Positions 22,387 to 32,123 are shown, counted from the first letter of the stretch. The stretch is 64,000 nucleotides of DNA from Pseudomonadota bacterium (GCA_046047615.1 JBJOHO010000067.1:34599-98598); one strand, 5' to 3'. Made by a program: numbers and translations. The notes: generated by a model not told the origin, from the sequence alone.

Positions 22387-22908
22387 TCAGCCCAGGGGCT
22401 TGAGGGCCGTGAGGTAGTGCAGCGCCTTCTGCTTGTAGACCTCATTGCCACGCGTGATGCGCTCCAGGTCCTTGGGGCTGAGCGGCCGGACGACCTTGCC
22501 CGGCGAACCCATGACCACGGAATCGTCAGGTACCACGGTGTTGGGCGTGATGAGCGCGCCGGCGGCGATCAGGCAGCGCGCGCCGATGCGCGCGCCATCA
22601 AGCACGATGGCGCCGTTGCCGATCAGCGCGCCATCACCGATGGTGCAGCCGTGCAGCACCACGGCATGACCTACGGTCACGTCGCGGCCGATCATGATCG
22701 GCATGCCGGGGTCGGTATGCAGCACGCAGGCATCCTGCACGTTGCTGCCCGGTCCCACGTGGATCCACTCGTTGTCGCCGCGCAGCACCGCGCCGAACCA
22801 CACGCTGCTCCCGTCGCCGAGCGTCACGCGGCCGATGACATCGGCCGATGGCGCCACGTAGACGCGACCCTGCACCTGCGGGCGCTCACCGTCGTATTCG
22901 TACAGCAT
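22387..22908 (-). CDS. Gamma-class carbonic anhydrase-like / hexapeptide-repeat protein (YrdA/PaaY family)
   Basis: Within ORF 22387..22983, with ATG at 22908. Left-handed beta-helix repeats are present (VIGRVTLGDGSSVWFGAVLRGD ... IGDGALIGNGAIVLDGARIG). The start shares one base with the upstream stop (TGATG). Confidence 0.9.
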   Translation of the reverse strand: MLYEYDGERPQVQGRVYVAPSADVIGRVTLGDGSSVWFGAVLRGDNEWIHVGPGSNVQDACVLHTDPGMPIMIGRDVTVGHAVVLHGCTIGDGALIGNGAIVLDGARIGARCLIAAGALITPNTVVPDDSVVMGSPGKVVRPLSPKDLERITRGNEVYKQKALHYLTALKPLG

Positions 22909-24416
22909 CAAGCCCTCCGTGGGCCGGCGTAGCGCACGCGCCCCGATTCCAGTTCCAGTTCGTGGGTCGTGCCCGGTGGCCACTCATTGCGATGATGGCT
23001 GACCAGCACCAGCGTGACGCCCTGCGTCTGCAGTTCGTGCAGGCGTCGCAGCAGTTCCTCGCGCGTGGCCGTATCGACGCCGGCAAACGGCTCGTCCAGC
23101 AGCAGCAGGCGCGGCCGGGTGACCCAGGCCCGCGCGAACAGCACACGCCGCAACTGGCCATAGGAGAGCTGCCGCAGGGTCCGTGCGGCCAGATCCTGCA
23201 GGCCGAAGTCCGCCAGCGCCCGCAGCGACTTGCGCTTTTCGGCGGATGTCAGCGGCTGGTTGAGGCCGATGCTGGCGTGCAGTCCCGAGCCGACGACGTC
23301 GAGCACCTGTTCCTGCTGCGGATGATCGGCCTGCAACTGGGGCGTGATGTAGCCGACACGCTGCCGCCACTCGGGAATGCCCTCGTCCTCGCCGATGCCC
23401 GCGCGATGCAGGGTGCCGCCGACAGCCACGGGGTAGTCACCCCACAGCGTCCGCAGCAGCGTCGACTTGCCGGCGCCATTGCGGCCGTGGATCACCCAGC
23501 AGTCGCCGGCGTGCACCGTGAGGTCGATGCGGTGGAGCAAGTGCGCGTCTTCGAGGTGCACGTCGGCGCGCCGCATCTGCAGCAACACTTCAGGCTTCTT
23601 GCGCGCCTTTGGCGCAGCGGCAACCTGGCCTGCGGCCAGCGGCGTGGCGCCTGCCTCGCGGAAGGCCCCGGCAAGGGCCTTGGGCGTCAGCCGGCCACGC
23701 CGCAGCAGCACGCCATCACGCAGCACGGCCAGATGCGTTGCCGAAGGGGGCACGTCCTCGGCCCGGTGGGTGGTGAGCACCCAGGGCATCGCTGAACGTG
23801 TGCTGGCGCGCAGCCAGGCCTGGAAACGCGCGCGGTTCACTTCGTCCAGGCCGTTGGTGATCTCGTCAAGCAGCAGCAGCGCCGGACGCCAGGCCAGTGC
23901 ACGGGCCAGCAGCACCAGCCGCCGCTCGCCGTAGGACAACGTGAGGAAGGGGCGTCCGGCCAGATGGTCGATCTGCAGCCGATGCAACAGTTGCGCCACC
24001 CGGGCCTGGCCGCTGGCGGTGAGCGGCCCCGCAGGAATGTCGGCGCGCTGCACACCCGTGCCCACCACGACGGCTGCGGGGAAATTCCAGTCGTAGCGCT
24101 CGTAGCGGTCCTGCCGCTCCGGCCCGAGGTAGGCGATCTCGTCCTTCACGCCACCGGCCAGGTCCTGCAACCCGCCCTTCCAGCGGTAGCGGCGGATCGC
24201 CGGCTTGGCCGCGAAGTCATCGGGGGGCGTGGGCCAGACGTCGCCGGCCAGCATCTTCAGCAGTTGCGTCTTGCCGGCGCCGTTGCCGCCGGCCAGCACC
24301 CAGCGCTCGCCCGGTCGGACACGCCACGCCAGGTCGCGCAGGACCGGATGGCCATCGTAGGAGAGGTCAATGTGGCGCAGTTCGACGTCGAGCCAGCGCC
24401 GGTCGGAGATCGTCAT
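22908..24416 (-). CDS. Soluble double-ATPase ABC protein (ModF-like, no membrane domain)
   Basis: Within ORF 22908..24491, with ATG at 24416 ([15 protein letters not shown]). It has two Walker A sites ([18 protein letters not shown]) and two signature-like motifs ([14 protein letters not shown]). No TM segments are present. Confidence 0.85.
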   Translation of the reverse strand: MTISDRRWLDVELRHIDLSYDGHPVLRDLAWRVRPGERWVLAGGNGAGKTQLLKMLAGDVWPTPPDDFAAKPAIRRYRWKGGLQDLAGGVKDEIAYLGPERQDRYERYDWNFPAAVVVGTGVQRADIPAGPLTASGQARVAQLLHRLQIDHLAGRPFLTLSYGERRLVLLARALAWRPALLLLDEITNGLDEVNRARFQAWLRASTRSAMPWVLTTHRAEDVPPSATHLAVLRDGVLLRRGRLTPKALAGAFREAGATPLAAGQVAAAPKARKKPEVLLQMRRADVHLEDAHLLHRIDLTVHAGDCWVIHGRNGAGKSTLLRTLWGDYPVAVGGTLHRAGIGEDEGIPEWRQRVGYITPQLQADHPQQEQVLDVVGSGLHASIGLNQPLTSAEKRKSLRALADFGLQDLAARTLRQLSYGQLRRVLFARAWVTRPRLLLLDEPFAGVDTATREELLRRLHELQTQGVTLVLVSHHRNEWPPGTTHELELESGRVRYAGPRRA

Positions 24417-24489
24417 GGCGCGCAAGTGTGCCGCGTGGTCGCGGAAAAGTCCTGATGCCGCCGCGTTGAACCGGGGTGATGATCGCCCC

Positions 24490-26877
24490 ATGGACAGCTA
24501 CGACACGCGCCTCGTCATCCCTCTGGACCAGTTGCGCCGCGACGATGTGCCGCAGGTGGGCGGCAAGAACGCCTCGCTGGGCGAGATGCTCGGTGCGCTC
24601 GGGCCCTTGGGCATCCGCGTGCCGGGAGGCTTCGCCACCACTGCCCAGGCCTACCGCGGATTCCTCGCGCAGGACGGCCTGGACCATCGCATCCCTGCGT
24701 TGCTGGCCACGCTCGACGTGGCCGACGTGGATGCCCTCGCCCGCTGCGGCCAGCAGATCCGCGACTGGATCCTCGCCACGCCGCTCCCTGCGGCGCTGGA
24801 GTCGGCGGTGCGCGCCGCGTTTGCACAGGCCGCGGCAGGTTGCAGCGACGACGTGTCCTGGGCGGTGCGCTCTTCGGCCACCGCCGAGGACCTGCCGACG
24901 GCCTCCTTCGCCGGCCAGCAGGAAACCTACCTGAATGTGCGCGGCATCGACGGTGTGCTGGAGCACCTGCGGCGCGTCTTCGCCTCGCTCTATACCGACC
25001 GCGCGATCGCCTACCGCGTGCACCAGGGCTTCCGCCATGAAGTCGTGGCGCTGTCGGCGGCGGTGCAGCGCATGGTGCGCAGCGACCTCGGCGCCTCGGG
25101 CGTGATGTTCACGCTCGATACCGAGAGCGGCTTCCGCGACGTCGTGCTCGTCACCAGCACCTGGGGGCTGGGCGAGCCCCTGGTGCAGGGCGCGGTCAAT
25201 CCTGACGAGTTCCACGTGCACAAGCCGACGCTCGCGCGCGGCAAGACGGCGGTGATCCGCCGCCAACTCGGCAGCAAGCGCATCCGCATGGTGTTCGATG
25301 CGGCCCATGTGCGCACGGAAGAGACACCCGAGGCCTTGCAGCAGCGCTTCTCGCTCGCCGACGCGCAGGTTCAGGACCTGGCGCGCATGGCCGTGTCGAT
25401 CGAGCAGCATTACGGCTGCCCGATGGACATCGAGTGGGGTCTGGATGGCCTCGACGGCCAGCTCTACATCCTGCAGGCACGGCCCGAGACCGTGCAGTCG
25501 CGGCGCAGCGGGGTGGCGGCGCGGCCGGTGCTGCAGGCGCGTTCGCGGGTGCTGCTGCGGGGCCAGGCCATCGGCCACCTCATCGGCGCAGGCCGGGTGC
25601 GCAAGATCGCCGCTGCCGCCGACCGCAACCGTGTGCAGGCGGGCGACGTGCTGGTCGCCGACATGACCGACCCGGACTGGGAGCCGGTGATGCAACGCGC
25701 CGCGGCCATCGTCACGGACCGCGGTGGACGCACTTGCCATGCGGCCATCATCGCGCGCGAGCTGGGCATCCCGGCGGTGGTGGGCTGCGTTGATGCCCTG
25801 CAGCGCCTGACCGAGGGACAGCCGGTGACCGTGAGCTGTGCCGAGGGCGAGCGTGGTGAGGTGCTGGAGGGGCTGCTGCCCTTCACTGCACGGGAGGACG
25901 CAGCCACGGACCTGCCGCCCGCGCCAGTGAAACTCATGATGAACGTGGGCAACCCGCAGCGCGCCTACGAATTCGCACAGTTGCCGGGCGACGGCGTGGG
26001 CCTGGCGCGGCTGGAGTTCATCATCGCCAACCTCATCGGCCTGCATCCCAAGGCCGTGCTCGAGGTCGATGCGCTCGACGCGCCCTTGCGGCGCGAGGTG
26101 CTGCAGGCCGCGCAGGGTTATGCGGATCCCCGGCGCTTCTTCGTCGACAAGCTGGCAGAGGGCATCGCAACGATCGCAGCCGCCTTCTGGCCGCGGCCGG
26201 TGGTGGTGCGCCTGTCGGACTTCAAGTCCAACGAATACCGCAAGCTGCGCGGCGGCGACCGCTATGAGCCGGAGGAAGAAAACCCGATGCTGGGCTTCCG
26301 CGGCGCCTCCCGCTTCATCGCTCCGGACTTCGCCGGCTGCTTCGCGATGGAATGCGAAGCCCTGCGCCAGGTGCGCGGCGCCATGGGCCTGACCAACGTG
26401 CAGGTGATGGTTCCCTTCGTGCGCACGCTGGGCGAGGCTGCGGCCGTGGAGGCGCTGCTGGCCCAGCAGGGCCTGGCGCGCGGCAGCGGCGCCGGCACCG
26501 ACGGCCAGGGCGGCCTGCAATTGATCATGATGTGCGAAATCCCCGCCAACGTGCTGCTGGCAGCAGAGTTCCTGCAGCACTTCGACGGCTTCAGCATCGG
26601 CAGCAACGATCTCACCCAACTGACGCTGGGCGTCGACCGGGATTCAGCGCTGGTGGCCAGCGCCTTCGACGAGCGCGACCCGGCGGTCAAACAGTTGCTG
26701 GCGCGGGCGATAGAGGCCTGCCACGCGGCCGGCAAGCGGATCGGCATCTGCGGACAAGGCCCCTCGGACCATCCGGACCTTGCGCAATGGCTGGTGGCGC
26801 AGGGCATCGACTCGCTGTCGCTGAACCCGGACAGCGTGGCCTCGACCTGGCAACGGCTGGTGCAGCGCAAGGTATAG
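24490..26877 (+). CDS. ppsA: Phosphoenolpyruvate synthase
   Basis: Within ORF 24370..26877, with ATG at 24490. It has [16 protein letters not shown] at the N terminus, the phosphohistidine region [21 protein letters not shown], and a C-terminal PEP-utilising domain. The product is 795 aa. Confidence 0.97.
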   Translation: MDSYDTRLVIPLDQLRRDDVPQVGGKNASLGEMLGALGPLGIRVPGGFATTAQAYRGFLAQDGLDHRIPALLATLDVADVDALARCGQQIRDWILATPLPAALESAVRAAFAQAAAGCSDDVSWAVRSSATAEDLPTASFAGQQETYLNVRGIDGVLEHLRRVFASLYTDRAIAYRVHQGFRHEVVALSAAVQRMVRSDLGASGVMFTLDTESGFRDVVLVTSTWGLGEPLVQGAVNPDEFHVHKPTLARGKTAVIRRQLGSKRIRMVFDAAHVRTEETPEALQQRFSLADAQVQDLARMAVSIEQHYGCPMDIEWGLDGLDGQLYILQARPETVQSRRSGVAARPVLQARSRVLLRGQAIGHLIGAGRVRKIAAAADRNRVQAGDVLVADMTDPDWEPVMQRAAAIVTDRGGRTCHAAIIARELGIPAVVGCVDALQRLTEGQPVTVSCAEGERGEVLEGLLPFTAREDAATDLPPAPVKLMMNVGNPQRAYEFAQLPGDGVGLARLEFIIANLIGLHPKAVLEVDALDAPLRREVLQAAQGYADPRRFFVDKLAEGIATIAAAFWPRPVVVRLSDFKSNEYRKLRGGDRYEPEEENPMLGFRGASRFIAPDFAGCFAMECEALRQVRGAMGLTNVQVMVPFVRTLGEAAAVEALLAQQGLARGSGAGTDGQGGLQLIMMCEIPANVLLAAEFLQHFDGFSIGSNDLTQLTLGVDRDSALVASAFDERDPAVKQLLARAIEACHAAGKRIGICGQGPSDHPDLAQWLVAQGIDSLSLNPDSVASTWQRLVQRKV

Positions 26878-26922
26878 TTCCCCCACGGGCGCCACAGCGG
26901 TGCCAGACAGAGGGGGAGTCTG

Positions 26923-27327
26923 ATGGGGGCAGTACTGCAGGACGCACACCGCAAGGTGCTGCGGCGCGAGACGGTGGCCGGCATCGCCGTCAACGCCATT
27001 GTGCCTCCCGCCATCATCGCGGCCCTGGGCGTGCCGCCCCCACAGGCGCTGACGGGCCCTGCGGGCGCCCTGCCCGGCCTCATCATGGCCTCCGCGGCCG
27101 CCGCCTTCCTGATGACGCTGATCGTCACCACCGTGCTGCGCAGGGCCGTCCGCAAAGGTGCTGCACCGGCACTGGCCTGGCCGCGCGCAGCCCGTGGCTG
27201 GATGCGCATGCTGCCTGCCGCACTGCCGCTGGCGCCTGCGCCGGCGCACGCGTTCAACGTCGGCTTCGGCGCCCTCGTCGGCGCGACCGTGTCGCGGCCG
27301 ATCGTGCTGCTGGCCTTGGCGGACTGA
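26923..27327 (+). CDS. Small hypothetical membrane protein
   Basis: ORF 26923..27327 (134 aa) with ATG preceded by GGGGGAG. It has two or three hydrophobic segments. No recognisable family. Confidence 0.55.
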   Translation: MGAVLQDAHRKVLRRETVAGIAVNAIVPPAIIAALGVPPPQALTGPAGALPGLIMASAAAAFLMTLIVTTVLRRAVRKGAAPALAWPRAARGWMRMLPAALPLAPAPAHAFNVGFGALVGATVSRPIVLLALAD

Positions 27328-27334
27328 CCCTGCC

Positions 27335-28231
27335 GTGGTGACGCAGAGCGAGGCCGTCGTCCACTGTCTCGATTGCGGCGCCGCCGTCTCCGGCAAGTTC
27401 TGCGCCGAGTGCGGCCAGTCGCGCGACGTGCACCTGCGGTCGGTGCACGAACTGCTGCACGACGTCACGCACACACTGACACACACGGACTCGCGGCTGT
27501 GGCGCACGCTGCGCACACTGTTGCTGCAACCGGGCCAACTGTCGCGGGCCTGGTGCGCCGGCCAGCACGCACGGTTCATCCCGCCGTTCCGCCTCTACCT
27601 GGTGGTGTCCGCGCTGTTCTTTGCGCTCATCGCCGTGCTCCCGGCGGCGATGCCAGACCCCGGCGGCGCCGGCATGGGCACCACGGGCACCGGCGCGGCA
27701 GTGGAATTCAGCGACGGCAACGGCTGCGAGGTGACGGCAAACGTCCAGTTGCCCGGCCTGCCCGACGCGGCGGAACGCCTGCGCCGGACCTGCGAACAGG
27801 CCCAGCGTGACGGCGGCAGGCAATTCCTCGCCCGGTTGCGCAGCGATGCGCCGACGCTGCTGTTCTGTCTGGTGCCCTTCGCTGCGATCTTCGCCTCGCT
27901 GCTGTACTGGCGGCCCAGGCGCCGCTACATCGAGCATCTGGTGTTCGGACTGCACAGCCAGACCGTGCTGTTCGTGTTGCTGTCCATCGGTCTGGGTGTC
28001 GAGGCCGTGTCCAGTGCAACAGGCGTACCGGCTGCGCCCGTTACCGCCGTCGGCTTCGGCCTCGCGTTCGCGCTGGTCTGGTACCTCTACACCGGCATGC
28101 GGACCTTCTACGGGCAGGGCCGCCTCCGCACGCTGGCCAAGCTGGCGACGATGGCGGCGGTGCATGCCGTGCTGCTCCTGACACTGTCCACGCTCGGCAT
28201 GATCCACGCCGCGCTGACGCCCGCACCCTGA
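27335..28231 (+). CDS. DUF3667-like zinc-ribbon membrane protein
   Basis: Within ORF 27158..28231, with a GTG at 27335/27338 just after the upstream stop. It has an N-terminal zinc ribbon (CLDCGAAVSGKFCAECG) followed by several TM helices. Confidence 0.75.
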   Translation: MVTQSEAVVHCLDCGAAVSGKFCAECGQSRDVHLRSVHELLHDVTHTLTHTDSRLWRTLRTLLLQPGQLSRAWCAGQHARFIPPFRLYLVVSALFFALIAVLPAAMPDPGGAGMGTTGTGAAVEFSDGNGCEVTANVQLPGLPDAAERLRRTCEQAQRDGGRQFLARLRSDAPTLLFCLVPFAAIFASLLYWRPRRRYIEHLVFGLHSQTVLFVLLSIGLGVEAVSSATGVPAAPVTAVGFGLAFALVWYLYTGMRTFYGQGRLRTLAKLATMAAVHAVLLLTLSTLGMIHAALTPAP

Positions 28232-28253
28232 AGCCGCCAAGGAAAAACGCCCC

Positions 28254-29921
28254 ATGACGCCGTCACCGGAAGACGCACTGCCCCGCCACCACGCGGCCAC
28301 GGCGAGCGAGAAGCGCGTGATCATTGCCTCCTCGCTGGGCACCGTGTTCGAGTGGTACGACTTCTACCTGTACGGCCTGCTGGCCACGATCATCTCGGCG
28401 CAGTTCTTCTCGGGCGTCAACGAGACCACCGCCTTCATCTTCGCGCTGGGCGCCTTCGCCGCGGGCTTTGCGGTGCGCCCCTTCGGCGCACTGGTGTTCG
28501 GCCGCATCGGCGACCTGGTCGGCCGCAAGAACACCTTCCTGGTGACCATGGGCCTGATGGGCCTGTCGACCTTCGTCGTCGGCCTGCTGCCTTCGCAAGC
28601 CAGCATCGGCGTGGCGGCCCCGGTGCTGCTGGTGCTGATGCGCCTGCTGCAGGGCCTGGCGCTCGGTGGCGAGTATGGTGGTGCCGCGACCTATGTCGCC
28701 GAGCACGCGCCGAACCACCGCCGCGGCCTCTACACCAGCTTCATCCAGACCACGGCGACGCTGGGGCTGTTCGCGGCGCTGCTGGTGGTGATCGGCACGC
28801 GCACGCTGCTGGGCGAAGACGCCTTCCGCGACTGGGGCTGGCGCGTGCCCTTCCTGCTGTCGATCGTGCTGCTGGCGGTGTCGATGTGGATCCGCCTGCA
28901 ACTGGCCGAAAGCCCGGTGTTCCAGAAGATGAAGGCCGAGGGCAACGGCTCCAAGGCGCCGCTGACGGAAGCCTTCGGCCGCTGGAGCAACGCCCGGTGG
29001 GTGATCATCGCCCTGCTGGGCGCCGTCGCCGGCCAAGGCGTGGTCTGGTACACGGGGCAGTTCTACGCGCTGTTCTTCCTCGAGAAGATGCTGATGGTCG
29101 AAGGCGCGACCACCAACATGCTGATCGCCCTGGCCCTGGCGCTGGCAACGCCGTTCTTCGTGTTCTTCGGCTGGCTGTCGGACCGCATCGGCCGCAAGCC
29201 GATCATCCTCGCCGGCTGCGCGCTGGCCGCGCTCACCTATTTCCCTGCGTTCACGCTTCTGACGGAGGCGGCCAACCCGCAGCTGGCGCGGGCGCAGGCG
29301 CAGGCCCCCGTGACCGTGGTCGCGCATGACGCCGACTGCTCGCTGCAGTTCGATCCGATCGGCCGCAATGCCTTCGACGCGCGCAGCTGCGACATCGCCA
29401 AGTCGATGCTGGCGAAGGCCGGCATCAGCTACCAGCCGGTCGAAGCCGCGCCCGGCAGCGTGGCACAGGTGCATGTCGGCGACGCCGTGATCACGGCGCC
29501 GGACCCGCGCGCTGTCAGCGGCGACGACAAGAAGGCCGCCATTGCCGCGTTCCAGGCCGAGGTGAAGGCCGCGCTGGCCCGCGCCGGTTACCCGGCCAAG
29601 GCCGATCCCGCGCAGCTGGATACGGTGCTGGTGGTGGCGATCCTGTTCTACCTGGTGCTGCTCGTCACGATGGTCTATGGCCCGATCGCCGCGCTGCTGG
29701 TGGAGCTGTTCCCCACGCGCATCCGCTACACGTCGATGTCTTTGCCCTACCACATCGGCAATGGCTGGTTCGGCGGCTTCCTGCCGACGACGGCTTTCGC
29801 CATGGTGGCGGCCACGGGCGACATCTACTACGGCCTTTGGTACCCCATCGTCGTGGCGGCCGGCACGCTGGTGATCGGCCTGCTGTTCCTGCCGGAGACC
29901 TTCCGGCGCAACATCGACTGA
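28254..29921 (+). CDS. MFS transporter, metabolite:H+ symporter (MHS) family
   Basis: ORF 28254..29921 (555 aa). It carries MHS-type motifs (GTVFEWYDFYLYG, FGRIGDLVGRK, LLQGLALGGEYGGAATYVAEHAP), 12 TM segments and a long central loop. Confidence 0.9.
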   Translation: MTPSPEDALPRHHAATASEKRVIIASSLGTVFEWYDFYLYGLLATIISAQFFSGVNETTAFIFALGAFAAGFAVRPFGALVFGRIGDLVGRKNTFLVTMGLMGLSTFVVGLLPSQASIGVAAPVLLVLMRLLQGLALGGEYGGAATYVAEHAPNHRRGLYTSFIQTTATLGLFAALLVVIGTRTLLGEDAFRDWGWRVPFLLSIVLLAVSMWIRLQLAESPVFQKMKAEGNGSKAPLTEAFGRWSNARWVIIALLGAVAGQGVVWYTGQFYALFFLEKMLMVEGATTNMLIALALALATPFFVFFGWLSDRIGRKPIILAGCALAALTYFPAFTLLTEAANPQLARAQAQAPVTVVAHDADCSLQFDPIGRNAFDARSCDIAKSMLAKAGISYQPVEAAPGSVAQVHVGDAVITAPDPRAVSGDDKKAAIAAFQAEVKAALARAGYPAKADPAQLDTVLVVAILFYLVLLVTMVYGPIAALLVELFPTRIRYTSMSLPYHIGNGWFGGFLPTTAFAMVAATGDIYYGLWYPIVVAAGTLVIGLLFLPETFRRNID

Positions 29922-29928
29922 GCGGCCT

Positions 29929-29957
29929 GCCGCCCCCTCACCAGTGGGGCGGCTTTT
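29929..29957 (+). terminator. Putative rho-independent terminator of the MFS gene
   Basis: GCCGCCCC (29929-29936) pairs with GGGGCGGC (29946-29953) and is followed by TTTT. It lies 8 nt after the MFS stop and overlaps the 3' end of the convergent slyX. Confidence 0.5.
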
Positions 29958-30141
29958 CCTGCTCGGCCGTGTAGGCCGTGGGTGCGGTCTGCGCGGCCTC
30001 CCAGCGCTGTGCCAAGGTCGCGAACTCGGCCCGCAGGGCCTCGAGATCGCGACGCAGCTGGTAGACGGTGTCGCTGAGCTCGCTGTTGGCCTGTTCCAGG
30101 AAGGCGATACGGACTTCGACGTTCTCGAGGCGGTCGTTCAT
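29938..30141 (-). CDS. slyX: SlyX-family protein
   Basis: Within ORF 29938..30165, with ATG at 30141. The coiled-coil MNDRLENVEVRIAFLEQANSELSDTVYQ... ends in a PPHW tail resembling the SlyX PPHY terminus. The product is 67 aa. Confidence 0.8.
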   Translation of the reverse strand: MNDRLENVEVRIAFLEQANSELSDTVYQLRRDLEALRAEFATLAQRWEAAQTAPTAYTAEQEKPPHW

Positions 30142-30187
30142 CGGGCAGGAGTGTATCGGGTTCAAAATGGCGCCGTTGGCGCGTTAA

Positions 30188-30520
30188 TCAGGCGCCCAGC
30201 AAGCGGCGTGTGAGCAGCGACTGCATGTCTCGACGGCCGTCGGCAATGACGAACACCACGACGTCGCGCCCCATCACCCGGTAGATGAGGCAATAGGGCT
30301 TGAAGAAGACCTGGCGGTAGTCCTTGATCCCGAGATCGAGCAATTCTCTCGGGTAGCTTCCTCGCTCTGGCATGACAGCCAGTTGTTCGGCTGTGGCCAT
30401 CAACCGATCCAGAACATGATCGGCGTTGACGGGGTCATCGAACTCGGCGATGTAATCGTAGATCGCCTCCAGATCCTGCTCAGCACCCTCTGTGAGCAGG
30501 ACGGTGTACCTGGATGCCAT
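30188..30520 (-). CDS. Type II toxin, RelE/ParE family
   Basis: ORF 30188..30520 (110 aa). The sequence YTVLLTEGAEQDLEAIYDYIAEFD...YRQVFFKPYCLIYRV..VVVFVIADGRRD is the typical ParE layout. The ATG overlaps the antitoxin stop (ATGA). GC content is visibly lower than in neighbouring genes. Confidence 0.85.
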   Translation of the reverse strand: MASRYTVLLTEGAEQDLEAIYDYIAEFDDPVNADHVLDRLMATAEQLAVMPERGSYPRELLDLGIKDYRQVFFKPYCLIYRVMGRDVVVFVIADGRRDMQSLLTRRLLGA

Positions 30521-30795
30521 CAGGCCAAGTCTTTCTTGCCCTTGAGCCGGGCCACCACGTCAGACAGCAGCTTGACCTTGCCGGCGGCCACTTCCTGTTG
30601 TCCCAAGGCCAGCACTTTCAGCAAAGCCAGTGTTTCCTGCGTGGCCTCGTAGCTGGCCACATCCAGCAAAACCGCCTTGGCCTCACCGTTCTGCGTGATC
30701 ACCAGGGGCTCGCGTTGCTCGCCGAGCGTGGCCAAAATCTCAGCCGCGTTGGCCTTGAGGTAGCTGATGGGCTTGACTTGTGACGAGTAGCGCAT
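30520..30795 (-). CDS. Type II antitoxin, Phd/YefM family
   Basis: Within ORF 30520..30843, with ATG at 30795 preceded by GGAG. It contains ISYLKANAAEILATLGEQREPLVITQNGEAKAVLLDVASYE, a Phd/YefM-type N-terminal domain. Confidence 0.85.
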   Translation of the reverse strand: MRYSSQVKPISYLKANAAEILATLGEQREPLVITQNGEAKAVLLDVASYEATQETLALLKVLALGQQEVAAGKVKLLSDVVARLKGKKDLA

Positions 30796-31024
30796 GGGAT
30801 CTCCGTATGGACTGAATTTAGTCCACAAAAGGTCCGATGGCAACAGACCTACACAGATTGTGGGACGACATCAAACTGTGGTCTGTATGGCAACTTTGCT
30901 TACGACCTGGACCAGCGGGAGACAGAGCTGGAGGGCCAGCACACGCACCGTAGCGCAAACCCTTATGTATATTTGGGGGAAGTCCAGAAAGACAAACGCC
31001 CAGAGAGATCTGGGCGGTGTCAGC

Positions 31025-31043
31025 TGGCGCGCCCGGAGAGATT
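31025..31043. repeat. 19-nt direct repeat of the tRNA-Arg 3' end (att-like scar)
   Basis: TGGCGCGCCCGGAGAGATT at 31025-31043 is identical to 31235-31253, which is the 3' acceptor/T-arm end of the tRNA on the minus strand. Confidence 0.75.
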
Positions 31044-31193
31044 GCTTCGGCCGCTTGCGCGCCCTCGTCCCTCGCAGGCTCGGGATCGCCGTCGCGAAAC
31101 GCTCCGGCGACCGTCCGGTGACCTTCGTCACCGGCCGTCGAACATCCCGACCGCAAGATTTGGGAGTCCGAAGGCCACCGCCAGCGACGGATG

Positions 31194-31230
31194 CCCTCTG
31201 CGGGGCACCCTGCGGGCACCCCGCAGAGGG
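31194..31230. other. 12-bp-stem inverted repeat immediately 3' of tRNA-Arg
   Basis: CCCTCTGCGGGG (31194-31205) pairs with CCCCGCAGAGGG (31219-31230) around a 13-nt loop. No U-tract follows on the tRNA strand. Confidence 0.7.
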
Positions 31231-31234
31231 CATG

Positions 31235-31311
31235 TGGCGCGCCCGGAGAGATTCGAACTCCCGACCAACTGGTTCGAAGCCAGCTACTCTATCCAACTGA
31301 GCTACGGGCGC
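31235..31311 (-). tRNA. tRNA-Arg, anticodon TCG
   Basis: The reverse complement reads GCGCCCGTAGCTCAGTTGGATAGAGTAGCTGGCTTCGAACCAGTTGGTCGGGAGTTCGAATCTCTCCGGGCGCGCCA. It is 77 nt with a 7-bp acceptor stem, anticodon loop CTTCGAA (anticodon TCG), T-loop TTCGAAT and an encoded CCA. Confidence 0.9.
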
Positions 31312-31385
31312 CTTGACGCGGGATGTTCGCACGCCGCCGGCGCGGCGTGAACCGCAAATCATTCATGAGGCGGACTGCCCGGCGG

Positions 31386-31712
31386 TCATTCCGCATCGCC
31401 CTCCCCCGCCTCTCCCGGCGGCACGGTGTGCTGCGTCGCCTGCCAATCGAGCTGCGGCGTCGCATCGTCCGGGCTGCCGCGGTCTTCGGCTTCCAGCGTG
31501 TCGATCGGCCCGCTCCAGTCTTCAGGTGCCGCGCCGGTCTCAAGGTCCATGGACTGCCAGTCGGCGAGTTCGATCTCGTCCACATCGCCGTCGAAGCTCT
31601 GGATCTCGATGGTGCCCGCCGCCTCGTCCAGCCCGACCACCTGGAAGGGGTCGCCCTTGTCGCGGTGCAGGTACCACTGGCCGATCTCCGGCTGCAGCTG
31701 ATGGTGCGTCAT
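31386..31712 (-). CDS. Small acidic hypothetical protein (paralog of 40017..40382)
   Basis: Within ORF 31386..31817, with ATG at 31712 preceded by GGAGGGA. The product is 108 aa. Its core GQWYLHRDKGDPFQVVGLDEAAGTIEIQSFDGDVDEIELADWQSMDLE aligns with the second copy. Confidence 0.7.
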   Translation of the reverse strand: MTHHQLQPEIGQWYLHRDKGDPFQVVGLDEAAGTIEIQSFDGDVDEIELADWQSMDLETGAAPEDWSGPIDTLEAEDRGSPDDATPQLDWQATQHTVPPGEAGEGDAE

Positions 31713-31826
31713 GGTCGTCCCTCCGGCAGTCCGCCTGCGATGGACCATGCTAGGCCCGGCAGCGGCAGTGCACCCTAGGTACTGCGCGCAGGGGCCGCAT
31801 TGACAGTGCGCAGGCACGGCTCAAAC

Positions 31827-32123
31827 ATGACCGGCATGCGCGTCGGCCGCGAACTTGAGGAACGCATCCTGCAGCAGGTGGCTGCGGGCTCGACCGACCG
31901 CGCCGCCTGGCAGGCCCTCGGGCCAGCCTCCTTCGTGGCCGGGCTGCTGCAGATGCTCGCCGGACTGCCCGTCCCGGCGGCGCCGGCCTGGGCGCGCCTG
32001 GCCGAGGAACTCCAGCCGGGCATCGGCCGGGCGGCAGACCTCGAAGCCTGGCTGGCAACAACGCCGCTGAAGCCGGCGCGGCTGATGCCGATGGTCCGTG
32101 CCCGGCTCGCCCATGCCGGTTGA
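31827..32123 (+). CDS. Small hypothetical protein, putative partner of the downstream nucleotidyltransferase
   Basis: Within ORF 31800..32123 (TTG at 31800, first ATG at 31827). The product is about 98 aa, Ala/Leu-rich and probably helical, with high GC3. Its 3' end overlaps the next gene by 11 nt. No family recognised. Confidence 0.5.
   Translation: MTGMRVGRELEERILQQVAAGSTDRAAWQALGPASFVAGLLQMLAGLPVPAAPAWARLAEELQPGIGRAADLEAWLATTPLKPARLMPMVRARLAHAG

Noticed and set aside
30796-31234. Searched the AT-richer non-coding stretch next to tRNA-Arg for an integrase or transposase remnant, using listed ORFs 30794..31300 (+), 30818..31219 (-) and 30871..31362 (-).
   Set aside because: These ORFs overlap the tRNA or are Arg/Pro/Gly-rich with no recombinase motifs (no R..H..R..Y pattern). 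I therefore report only the att-like repeat, not a mobile element.
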